Of a stretch of DNA of 64,000 nucleotides, positions 54,379-62,902 are shown piece after piece. The DNA comes from an uncultured archaeon (GTDB lineage Archaea; Iainarchaeota; Iainarchaeia; Iainarchaeales; JAAZKV01). Made by a program: the position numbers and the translations under genes. How positions within the stretch are numbered: the first letter of the stretch is position 1; every line of letters begins with the position of its first letter. Location of the stretch: NCBI GenBank assembly GCA_964461205.1, contig CAYWUL010000001.1, forward strand, positions 28,549-92,548. The letters are read 5' to 3'. The notes under the pieces are model-generated. The model was given only the letters and a program-made list of their open reading frames with translations, was not told the DNA's origin and did no database searches.

Positions 54379-54434
54379 CCCTCGCCAAGACCCTTTAAAA
54401 AGGACCTCTTCTATTTTAAAAGGGTAACGGAAGG

Positions 54435-54456
54435 TTTATAAAGGGGCCTTTATAAA
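54435..54456. promoter_or_regulatory. twin palindromic TATA elements TTTATAAA-GGGGCC-TTTATAAA in the tbp / membrane-transporter divergent region
   Basis: Read directly from the sequence. Lies 57 nt upstream of the tbp ATG and 114 nt upstream of the + strand gene at 54570. Confidence 0.4.
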
Positions 54457-54569
54457 TGAATTTTTTTGTATTTTTTATTTTTTAAAAGAGTTTTTCTAGT
54501 TCTTTGTTATTTTTTCCTTTTAGTTTTGTTTGTGCCAACATTTATTAATGCGTTTAATTTTCTTTTGTA

Positions 54570-55715
54570 ATGCACCATCATGATTATCGATTAAGACATT
54601 ACTTGTTTTTGAATAAACATTTAACTGAATTCTATGTAATGCTTTCAATAAGAAGTTTTGGTTTAGCAATGATTAATCTTTTCTTGCCTATTTATTTTTT
54701 TACTTTAAGAAACTCTTTATTTGATGTTGTTGCTCTTTTGTTTTTTACTTATTTGTCAATGATTTTCTTTTTTCCGGTTGCCGCAAAACTTACTTCAAAG
54801 ATTGGTGCGGCACACACGATGCTTTTTTCTGCTCCTTTTGCAGTCTTGTTCTTTGGTTTACTTTATTTTACTAATCCCTTACAAATTGGAATAATATTTA
54901 TTGGTTTGTTGTATGGTTTTTTTGAGTCCTTTTTCTGGATAGGTTTTCATGAAGAATTTTCCTTTGCATCAAAATCTAAAAAAGTTGGCAGAGAAGTTGG
55001 TTTGTTTAGAGGAATTACAATTATGACGGAGTTATTAGGCCCTTTGATTGGAGCTCTTATAATTGCTATTCTTGGTTTTCATGTTTTGTTTGCAGTAGTA
55101 GTTCTCTTGATTTTAGTTTGTCAGATTCCATTATTACTTTCAAAGGACATTAAACCAAGACAAAAATTTTCTTTGAAAAGTATTTATGTAAAAAAACATT
55201 TGACTTTGTTTTTTCCTTTTGTTGGAAACGGAGCAATGAATGTTTCAATAAGATGGTTTTGGCCTATTTTATTATTTCTAATAATTCCAACAATTCTTGA
55301 TTTAGGAATACTTGCAACAATAGTTAATTTGTTTTGTATTTCTCTAACATTAGTTATTGGTTATAAATCTGATAAAATAAAAAAAATTAAAATAATAAAA
55401 ATTGGGTCTATTTTATTTTCATTTTCTGTTTTTGCACGTGCTTTTGTAAGAACTTCTATTGCTGCTGCGAGCGCCTGGATTTTTGGAGGAATAGTTTGGC
55501 CACTATTGGATATTCCTTTTGAATCATTAACTTATGCAAAATCAAAGCGCTTGAATAAACTAGAATTTTTCGTTATGAGAGAACATGCATTGAACATTGG
55601 TCGTTTTGTTATCCTTGCAGTAGCATTTATTTTATTGGCAAATACTCTTGTTGCATTAACAACGGTTTTAATGGTTGGCGGGATTCTAACAACATTTTAT
55701 TGGTTGGTAAAATAA
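54570..55715 (+). CDS. polytopic membrane transporter (MFS-like)
   Basis: 381 aa, about 10-12 hydrophobic segments with a central charged loop. No sharp motif. Confidence 0.4.
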   Translation: MHHHDYRLRHYLFLNKHLTEFYVMLSIRSFGLAMINLFLPIYFFTLRNSLFDVVALLFFTYLSMIFFFPVAAKLTSKIGAAHTMLFSAPFAVLFFGLLYFTNPLQIGIIFIGLLYGFFESFFWIGFHEEFSFASKSKKVGREVGLFRGITIMTELLGPLIGALIIAILGFHVLFAVVVLLILVCQIPLLLSKDIKPRQKFSLKSIYVKKHLTLFFPFVGNGAMNVSIRWFWPILLFLIIPTILDLGILATIVNLFCISLTLVIGYKSDKIKKIKIIKIGSILFSFSVFARAFVRTSIAAASAWIFGGIVWPLLDIPFESLTYAKSKRLNKLEFFVMREHALNIGRFVILAVAFILLANTLVALTTVLMVGGILTTFYWLVK

Positions 55716-55799
55716 TCTTTTTTCTTTTAATACTTTCAAAAAATCTTTTTAATTTGCTGAATAGAACATATTTTATATAACTTTGAACAAATTATTTTT

Positions 55800-56426
55800 A
55801 TGTACGATCCACAAGACATGTATGATGATAAAAAAAAGAAAAAAGAAAAAAAACCTATTTTTTCATTGAAAAAGAAGGACACAAGTAATAGAGCTATTGA
55901 AGTTGACAAGGACATTGTTACAAAAGAAACAACTAATATTGGAGCAAAGAGTGCTGAAGTAAAGAGTGCTGAAGTAAAGAGTGCTGAAGTAAAGAGTGCT
56001 GAAGTAAAGAGTGAATTTGCTAGCTCTGATTCTGTTAAAAACGAGATTAATGATAATGAAATAAAAAGTTCTGATTCTTCTGAGATGAATGTTTTTAATT
56101 CAGATAGAGATGAGACTGTGCAAATAAAAAGAAAGGATTTGAATCAATTTTTCTTAATGATTTTAATGGGTTTAATTGGATTTATTGCCCCTTTCTTTTC
56201 GGTTTTTGTAGCTACTTTTATTGGAATAACGGATCAATCATTGTTTAATGGAACGATGCTGTTTTTGTTGTCTATCCTTTCAATACTTTTCTTATTTATA
56301 AAAGGGCTTTCTTCTATTTTTAATAGGGCTCCTAAATTGTTTTTCTTAGCTTTGCCTTTAATAATAATTTCAGTAATTTCTTTGATTTATAATTTGTTAA
56401 TTTTCATAACTCTTACTCCTATTTAA
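55800..56426 (+). CDS. hypothetical membrane protein with disordered K/D/S-rich N-terminus and KSAEV x4 repeat
   Basis: 208 aa; C-terminal 3-4 TM segments. Contains the 15-bp tandem repeat. Confidence 0.5.
   Translation: MYDPQDMYDDKKKKKEKKPIFSLKKKDTSNRAIEVDKDIVTKETTNIGAKSAEVKSAEVKSAEVKSAEVKSEFASSDSVKNEINDNEIKSSDSSEMNVFNSDRDETVQIKRKDLNQFFLMILMGLIGFIAPFFSVFVATFIGITDQSLFNGTMLFLLSILSILFLFIKGLSSIFNRAPKLFFLALPLIIISVISLIYNLLIFITLTPI
55946..56013 (+). repeat. perfect in-frame 15-bp tandem repeat (aaagagtgctgaagt) x4.5
   Basis: Counted directly: four identical units at 55946-56005 plus 8 nt of a fifth. Confidence 0.95.
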
Positions 56427-56497
56427 TTCAAATAAGTTAGTTGTTGCTAAATCTAGAAGAACAAAAATTTTATATATTGCAATAGCATTTCTTCTTC

Positions 56498-57043
56498 ATG
56501 GTGGAAAACAATTCTAATGCTAAAAATAATTTGGGCTTAAAAAATGGTAATCCAAAAAATAATGTTTCGCTGAATGTTTGTTCTGATGACAAGCAACCCG
56601 TTTTGCGTACGAAAAAAATCTCACGTGGACAAAAAGCAGCGGATTGGTTAGCAAAGTGGGCAGGATCATGGACATTCTTATTGTTATTTGCTTTGTTCTT
56701 AGTCTTGTGGGCAGCACTTAATACCGTTGCAGTTGTTTTTGGAGCATGGGATAAATATCCATTTATTTTATTGAATTTATTTTTGTCTTGTCTTGCAGCA
56801 ATACAAGCACCAATAATCTTAATGTCTCAAAATAGACAATCAGAAATTGACAGACAAAGATCACAATATGATTACTTAGTTAATAGAAAAGCAGAGCGTG
56901 AAATAAAACAATTACAATTAGATGTTCTAGAAATAAAACAAGCTGTTTTAAAACAATCAACAAAAAATCAGACCTCTCATCTAAGAGAACAAATAAATAT
57001 AATCCAAAGGGAATTGAACAAAATTGAGAATAAGATTAAGTAA
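56498..57043 (+). CDS. DUF1003 family membrane protein
   Basis: ADWLAKWAGSWTFLLLF...YPFILLNLFLSCLAAIQAPIILMSQNRQ followed by a coiled coil. Confidence 0.7.
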   Translation: MVENNSNAKNNLGLKNGNPKNNVSLNVCSDDKQPVLRTKKISRGQKAADWLAKWAGSWTFLLLFALFLVLWAALNTVAVVFGAWDKYPFILLNLFLSCLAAIQAPIILMSQNRQSEIDRQRSQYDYLVNRKAEREIKQLQLDVLEIKQAVLKQSTKNQTSHLREQINIIQRELNKIENKIK

Positions 57044-57123
57044 GGTTCATTTTCTTTTATTTCTTTAAATATAGATAATAAATTGAAACACAATATTTTT
57101 ATTCTCAGAAAACAATCTTATTA

Positions 57124-59226
57124 TTGGTTCTAATGGTTGGAAAAAAGCATTTTGCGCAGGGCACAATTGAAGACCCTTTTAGAAAAAGGTTCGCGAAAAG
57201 GTCAATTGCTCAGGGGACTATCGAGTATTTGGTTGTTGTTGCTGTTATTGTTGTTATTGGTTTGGTTGTTGCTACAATGGGAGTTTCTTTTTTAGATTCG
57301 ACTGGTGCTTTTGACACTGTTGGGAGAATAAGTGGAAAAATTAGTTCTTCTGGAATAAGTGTTACTGATGCTGTTGTTGATGGGGACGGAGATGGTTTAA
57401 TTAGTTTGAAGAATACTGGTTCTGACCCTTTTACTCTTACTCGAATCAGAGTTAATGGGACGGATAATAATTTTGATTCTACATTTTATTTTGGGCAAGA
57501 TTTATTACTTTTTTTGAGTGATTTAAATGGTTGTAAATGTCGAACAGGTGAAACAACAAAAGTTTGTGATTTTTATTTTTTTTACACTACTAAAGGGGGA
57601 TTAGCAAAATTAGAAAAAATTAATTTGACTTTAGATTGTGTTGATAATACAGATGAAAATTCAGGCGGAGTGGAAACAATTCCTCCGGTAATTTCTCTTT
57701 CAACTCCTGCTGATGAAGCATCAACAATGACAAATCCAACAACTTTTACATATTCAGCCAGTGATGACTCAACAATAACAAGTTGTGAATTAATAATTGA
57801 TGGGATAAGTGATCAGACAGATTCTTCTTCTCCATTTAATTCTTTTTCAAAAACATTTTCTGAAGGAACATATAGTTGGGATGTAAATTGCACTGACCAG
57901 CATGGAAATGAAGGGTCATCAACAAACGGCCCAAGAAGTTATACTTATGCTTCTATTCCTGCGTATTTTGCTTCTAGTTATGGTGAAAGTATTTATGAGT
58001 ATCCAAGAGGAATGGCCACATTAAGTGATGGTAATTTTGTAGTTATTTCTAGTAATTCGACTTATGCAGTAACCAAATTTGATTCTGATGGGAATGTTGT
58101 TTGGATTAATTCAGTTGCGGGAATTGATGACATGAGCGCAGTGGTTGTTGATTCACAAGGGGATATAATTGTTGCTGGAGTATATAATTCAACCATTACT
58201 TTTGGGGATATAACGTTAACGTCTGATGCTGTCATAGATTTATTTGTTGCAAAAATAGACAAAGATACTAATGAGTGGCTTTGGGCAATTACTCCTATCT
58301 CATCAAGTGCTGTTTCGGGGGCGGAGTATTCTGAAGGATTGGCTGTTGATTCAGAAGATAATATTATATTGGTTGGGACTATAGTTGAAGATGAGATTTT
58401 TACTCCCGGCGATAATGAAGTTACCTTTGGTTCTGTTACTTTGCCTGTTATTTATGATAATGACGCTTTTGTTGCTAAAATAAACGGCGACGATAATTCT
58501 TGGATGTGGGCAACAAAAGCAAGCGATGGTATAGTAACTTCTTCTTGGATTTTTGATGTTGTTGTTGATTCAAGTGATGATATTATTGTTGGTCTTTCTT
58601 ATGATAATGGAGACCTAACGGTTGGGGATTTTTATGCTCCAAATTTTAGTGATTATGGTTTTGTTGCTGCCAAATTGGACGGGGATAATAATGCTTGGCT
58701 GTGGGCATCTGTTTTGGATGCAAATTTAGAATTTACTTGGTTTGGATTAATTAATGATCACAATGATGGAGCCTATTTCACAGGGAATTTTTGGGGTTCA
58801 ATAACTTTTGGGGAAACAATTATTATGGGGGATTATTATGAATCATTTATCGCACAAATTGCAGGCGATACTAATGAATGGTTATGGGCAAGATCAGGAG
58901 TAGTTGGGAATATAATTGCTGATGATGAAGGAAATATTTATTCTACTGGAGCACTTAGTGAAACTACTTCATTTGGAGATACAGAACTAAATCCTGTTGG
59001 AAGCACTGATGTTTTTGTGGGGAAAATGAATTCTAACGGAGAATGGTTATGGGCTTTTAGGGATGGAAGTACTAATAGTGAAATAGCAAACAAGATTTCT
59101 CTCCATAATGATAACAATGTTTATATTGCGGGTTATTTCACAACAAGCACATCCCTTTCTGGAATTCCATTAACAAGCAATGGTAATACGGATATTTTTG
59201 TTTGGCGACCTGATGTAAATGCCTAA
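57124..59226 (+). CDS. secreted adhesin-like protein: class III (prepilin-type) signal peptide + Ig-like region + SBBP-type beta-propeller repeats
   Basis: KRSIAQGTIEYLVVVAVIVVIGLVVA resembles the archaeal class III signal (QxSxEYL). At least five repeats of the type D.FVAKI..D.NEWLWA. TTG start; ATG at 57133 is possible. Confidence 0.65.
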   Translation: MVLMVGKKHFAQGTIEDPFRKRFAKRSIAQGTIEYLVVVAVIVVIGLVVATMGVSFLDSTGAFDTVGRISGKISSSGISVTDAVVDGDGDGLISLKNTGSDPFTLTRIRVNGTDNNFDSTFYFGQDLLLFLSDLNGCKCRTGETTKVCDFYFFYTTKGGLAKLEKINLTLDCVDNTDENSGGVETIPPVISLSTPADEASTMTNPTTFTYSASDDSTITSCELIIDGISDQTDSSSPFNSFSKTFSEGTYSWDVNCTDQHGNEGSSTNGPRSYTYASIPAYFASSYGESIYEYPRGMATLSDGNFVVISSNSTYAVTKFDSDGNVVWINSVAGIDDMSAVVVDSQGDIIVAGVYNSTITFGDITLTSDAVIDLFVAKIDKDTNEWLWAITPISSSAVSGAEYSEGLAVDSEDNIILVGTIVEDEIFTPGDNEVTFGSVTLPVIYDNDAFVAKINGDDNSWMWATKASDGIVTSSWIFDVVVDSSDDIIVGLSYDNGDLTVGDFYAPNFSDYGFVAAKLDGDNNAWLWASVLDANLEFTWFGLINDHNDGAYFTGNFWGSITFGETIIMGDYYESFIAQIAGDTNEWLWARSGVVGNIIADDEGNIYSTGALSETTSFGDTELNPVGSTDVFVGKMNSNGEWLWAFRDGSTNSEIANKISLHNDNNVYIAGYFTTSTSLSGIPLTSNGNTDIFVWRPDVNA

Positions 59227-59352
59227 AGTCCACTCTCTTTTTATACTCGCTTATTAATTATTCATCGTTAACGAAAGAATACCTTTTAAAATAATTTTAT
59301 CTGGGAATTAGATATAACCCAACAAATTGGTAGAAATATAGGAGTGAAATTG

Positions 59353-60516
59353 ATGGACCATATTGTAAGAAGTGCTATTGCTAGGGCGCAAGCAGACCCG
59401 AAACTAAAATTAAAAAACAGGAGTTTTAAAAAGAAAACAACAAGAAAAACAACAAAGAGAAAAACAACAAAGAGAGGATCAACTCATTCTGATGATGATT
59501 TAATAGAAATGTTAGAAATTAATCGGGCACAAATAATTGTTGTTGGTTGTGGTGGTGGAGGAAGCAATACCATTGAACGAATGCAAGAAGTTGGAATCAA
59601 AGGTGCAAACACTTTTGCTATTAACACTGATGCACAAGATTTATTATCAACAAAGGCTGATAAAAAATTATTAATAGGAAAAAAATTAACTAGAGGACTA
59701 GGTTCTGGAAGCGATCCACAAATTGGTGAAAGTGCAGCAAAAGAATCTTTAGAAGAACTAAGAGACACTTTATCAGAATCTGATTTAGTATTCATTACAT
59801 GCGGTCTTGGTGGGGGAACAGGAACAGGTTCAGCACCAGTAATAGCAGAAATTTCTAAAGGACTAAAAGCACTTACTGTTGCAGTAGTAACTCTACCATT
59901 CACAGTCGAAGGAAGAAAAAGAATGGAGAACGCAATGGTTGGTCTTGAAAGATTACAAGAACACACAGACACAATAATTGTAATACCAAATGACAAAATA
60001 TTAGAAATCGCACCAGACCTACCAATTAATGCAGCATTCAAAGTTGCAGACGAAGTTTTAACAAACGCAGTAAAAGGAATAACAGAAATGGTAACAAAAC
60101 CAGGACTAATAAACCTAGACTTCGCCGATCTAAGAACTATCTTAGCAAGAGGCGGAGTAGCAATGATTGGTCTTGGAGAATCTTCGCGAGGGGAATCTTC
60201 AGAATCTCGTGCATTAGAAGCAGTAGAAAATGCTTTGACATCTCCATTATTAGATGTTGACATCTCTAACGCAACAAGAGCACTAGTAAATGTTACTGGT
60301 GGTGGAGATATGACTCTAAGAGAAGCAGAAATGATTGTTGAAACAGTTTCAACAAAAATACACCAAAGTTCTCACATAATTTGGGGAGCAATGGTTGATG
60401 ACGCTTTACCAAAAAACCAAATACAAGCAATGGTTGTAATTGCTGGAGGAAAGTTTCCTTATTTAGAAGACTCTAATTCAGCAGGCGAAATAGACTTAGG
60501 AATTGAGTTCACCTGA
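59353..60516 (+). CDS. ftsZ: cell division GTPase FtsZ with basic KKTT-rich N-terminal extension
   Basis: GCGGGGSN and GLGGGTGTGSAPV tubulin signature. ATG 59353 sits 8 nt after AGGAGTG; GTG 59344 in the ORF track is less likely. Confidence 0.9.
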   Translation: MDHIVRSAIARAQADPKLKLKNRSFKKKTTRKTTKRKTTKRGSTHSDDDLIEMLEINRAQIIVVGCGGGGSNTIERMQEVGIKGANTFAINTDAQDLLSTKADKKLLIGKKLTRGLGSGSDPQIGESAAKESLEELRDTLSESDLVFITCGLGGGTGTGSAPVIAEISKGLKALTVAVVTLPFTVEGRKRMENAMVGLERLQEHTDTIIVIPNDKILEIAPDLPINAAFKVADEVLTNAVKGITEMVTKPGLINLDFADLRTILARGGVAMIGLGESSRGESSESRALEAVENALTSPLLDVDISNATRALVNVTGGGDMTLREAEMIVETVSTKIHQSSHIIWGAMVDDALPKNQIQAMVVIAGGKFPYLEDSNSAGEIDLGIEFT

Positions 60517-60698
60517 ACGGCTTGCTCCGTTCATGCGCAGGCTATCTTCGCTTGTGCTCGATACCCTATTCTTTAATCGCTTCCGATTGGTCTAGCAAAA
60601 CCGAGTTTTGCGTAATGCGTAAAAGCTCTAGCTTTTGCTAGCACTGAGCTAGGACACGTTGTTGTGCTACTTTCAGTAGCACTGCTGAGACTTTTTTT
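60514..60698 (+). ncRNA. candidate structured RNA / hairpin-rich GC island of unknown class between ftsZ and secE, ending in a T7 tract
   Basis: Seven perfect or G:U-only hairpins read directly: 60514-60533, 60535-60557, 60575-60588, 60595-60611, 60621-60636, 60638-60652, 60664-60682. Then TTTTTTT at 60692-60698. Locally much more GC-rich than the flanks. Confidence 0.35.
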
Positions 60699-60775
60699 GT
60701 TCGGTTTCTCCAGCATTTTTAAACCTTTTCATTGTTTAATTCTTTATTATTGCCAATTTTTAGGTGAGTTCAAAC

Positions 60776-60973
60776 ATGGTTTTTGGAATAGACATAAAAG
60801 AAGTAGTTACAAGATTCATTGCGGACAGCAAGAGAATTTTTGTAGTATCAAGAAAACCAACAAAGGACGAGTACAAAAGAATGGCATTGATTATTGCAAT
60901 AGGAATAATAATTATTGGAGTGTTAGGTTTCATAATCCAATTAATATTTGTTTTATCAGGGATTACAGGATAA
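60776..60973 (+). CDS. secE: protein translocase subunit SecE / Sec61-gamma
   Basis: About 65 aa with SRKPTKDEYKRMALIIAIGIIIIGVLGFIIQLI. ATG 60776 preceded by AGGTGA. Conserved position upstream of spt5. Confidence 0.8.
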   Translation: MVFGIDIKEVVTRFIADSKRIFVVSRKPTKDEYKRMALIIAIGIIIIGVLGFIIQLIFVLSGITG

Positions 60974-61055
60974 AAGAGTTGATTAAAAAAATTTAATTGA
61001 ATAGGATTTTTAGTTAAAGGATTATAAGTAAAAGGATTTTTAGAAGGTGAATTAA

Positions 61056-61493
61056 ATGATTTTTCCAGTACGAACAACAGTAAACCAAGAACAATTAGTA
61101 GTTGATATTCTTGGCTCAAAAATAATGAAAGAAGAATTAAACATTTATTCTATTGCGGTTGTCCCTGGATTAAAAGGATATATCTTGATAGAAGCAGACA
61201 ACGAGATTACAGTTAGAAGAGGAATTACCGATACTCCTCATGTAAGAGGAAGTGGAATTGTTAAAGGCGCAGTAAATATTGATGAGTTATCTTCTTTGTT
61301 AGAATCAAAACCATTAATGAAAACCCTTGAAGAAGGACAAAAAGTAGAAATTATTACTGGTCCATTCAAAGGAGAAAAAGCAAAGATTACAAGAGTCAAT
61401 GCACAAAAAGAAGAAGTTACTGTTGAATTATTAGAAGCCGCAGTAAAAATTCCAGTAACAATAAAAGCTGAGAATATAAAAATAATAAGTTAA
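61056..61493 (+). CDS. spt5: transcription elongation factor Spt5 (archaeal NusG)
   Basis: NGN domain (IFPVRTTVNQE...GYILIEA) plus KOW (GQKVEIITGPFKGEKAKITRV). Confidence 0.85.
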   Translation: MIFPVRTTVNQEQLVVDILGSKIMKEELNIYSIAVVPGLKGYILIEADNEITVRRGITDTPHVRGSGIVKGAVNIDELSSLLESKPLMKTLEEGQKVEIITGPFKGEKAKITRVNAQKEEVTVELLEAAVKIPVTIKAENIKIIS

Positions 61494-61591
61494 AAAAAAT
61501 AGCAAAGTAAAAAAAGTTAAAGTGTAAGGAATTATTTTAATAAAAATTAAAGAGCTGTTACAAAAAATAAAAATATGGAGAAAGTGATACA

Positions 61592-62062
61592 ATGGGAGAA
61601 ATAAAAATAATGGTAAATGGTGGAAAAGCAAATGCTGGCCCTCCGTTAGGTCCAGCTTTAGCTCCGATGGGAGTTAATATTGGAGCAGTAGTAGATAAAA
61701 TAAATGAAGCAACAGCTAGTTTTGATGGAATGCAAGTTCCAGTAACAGTAACAATTAATGCTAACAAAACATTTGATATAAAAGTTGGTCTTCCTCCAAC
61801 AAGTGCTTTAATAAAAAAAGAAATTAATGCAAAAAAAGGAGCAGCTAATCCAAAAACAGATGTTATTGGAAATCTTACAATTGAACAAGTAAGAAAAGTT
61901 GTTGGAATGAAAAAAGATTCTTTAAATTCTACAGAAGATAAAGCAATGGCAAAAGAAATAATTGGCACTTGTGATTCAATGGGTGTTCATGTAGAAGGAA
62001 TGCGAGCAAAAAAAGCTATTAAAGAATTAAACAAAGGCAAGTATGATGCCAAATTTCAGTAA
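61592..62062 (+). CDS. rpl11: 50S ribosomal protein L11 (uL11)
   Basis: GGKANAGPPLGPALAPMGVNI...; 156 aa. Confidence 0.9.
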   Translation: MGEIKIMVNGGKANAGPPLGPALAPMGVNIGAVVDKINEATASFDGMQVPVTVTINANKTFDIKVGLPPTSALIKKEINAKKGAANPKTDVIGNLTIEQVRKVVGMKKDSLNSTEDKAMAKEIIGTCDSMGVHVEGMRAKKAIKELNKGKYDAKFQ

Positions 62063-62242
62063 AAATTTTAAAATCCAGTGAGAGGTTTAAAAACCTTTCA
62101 CAATGGTTTTATTTTATCGAGTAAAGGGAATTCTTTGCGAGATTTACAAAATCTTTGATTTTGTTCAAACAATAAGCCTAGTTTTAATGAATTGGGCCGA
62201 ATCTCCGAAAGGAGAAATACCGCTTAGGCGGAAGGTGTAAAA

Positions 62243-62902
62243 ATGATTGAAAAAGATGCTTTGAGAGCACTACAAAAAATTCGGGAAAATTCAAAGAAAA
62301 GGAACTTTGTTCAAAGTATTGAAATGATGATTAATTTTACAGGCTTGGATATGAAGAAACCTCAAAACCAAGTTAATGTTAAAGCTGAATTACCTTTTTC
62401 AACAGGAAAAGGGTCTGGAAAAATATGTGTTTTTGTAAAAACTCCAGAATTTGAAAAACAATTAAAAGGAAGAGTTGATTTACTAATTTTAGATAAAGAT
62501 ATTGAGGCTTTTTCAAAAAACAAGCAAAAAGTTGCTGAATTAATTAATTATGATGCATTGTTTGCTGAAGGAGCAGCAATGTTAACTGTGGCAAAATTTT
62601 TAGGACAACAATTAGCTCCTAAAGGAAAAATGCCAAAACCAATTATGAATATTAATTCTTTTGATGACATGCTTTCAAAAGCAAGAACTCAAGTAACAAT
62701 TAGTAATAAAAAAGGAAAATTTATGCCAGTTGTTCACACAGTTGTTGGAAAAGAAAGTATGAAAGATGAAGAAATTTCTGCAAACATGATAGCAATATAT
62801 GATGTTGTTTTAGAATCGCTTCCACAAAAGAAACAAAACATAAAAAACATTTATGTAAAATTGAGTATGGGTGCGCCAGCAAAGGTTGGTGAGAAAGAAT
62901 GA
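62243..62902 (+). CDS. rpl1: 50S ribosomal protein L1 (uL1)
   Basis: 219 aa; RNFVQSIEMMINF...GKMPKP... Conserved L11-L1-L10 order. AAGGTG ribosome-binding site. Confidence 0.85.
   Translation: MIEKDALRALQKIRENSKKRNFVQSIEMMINFTGLDMKKPQNQVNVKAELPFSTGKGSGKICVFVKTPEFEKQLKGRVDLLILDKDIEAFSKNKQKVAELINYDALFAEGAAMLTVAKFLGQQLAPKGKMPKPIMNINSFDDMLSKARTQVTISNKKGKFMPVVHTVVGKESMKDEEISANMIAIYDVVLESLPQKKQNIKNIYVKLSMGAPAKVGEKE

Noticed and set aside
59484-60263. 259-aa minus-strand ORF
   Set aside because: It is antisense to ftsZ, which has an unambiguous tubulin signature. It is a long open antisense frame caused by the locally higher GC and codon bias.
52850-60590. Shared 10-mer CGCTTCCGAT in two GC-rich intergenic patches (about 52860-52869 upstream of aglB and about 60578-60587 in the ftsZ-secE element), plus similar 7-bp hairpins GCACTAC/GTAGTGC and GTGCTAC/GTAGCAC
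   Set aside because: The similarity does not extend beyond the 10-mer and was found post hoc. I cannot exclude chance, so it is not reported as a repeat family.
61558-61968. 136-aa minus-strand ORF
   Set aside because: It is antisense to the ribosomal protein L11 gene.
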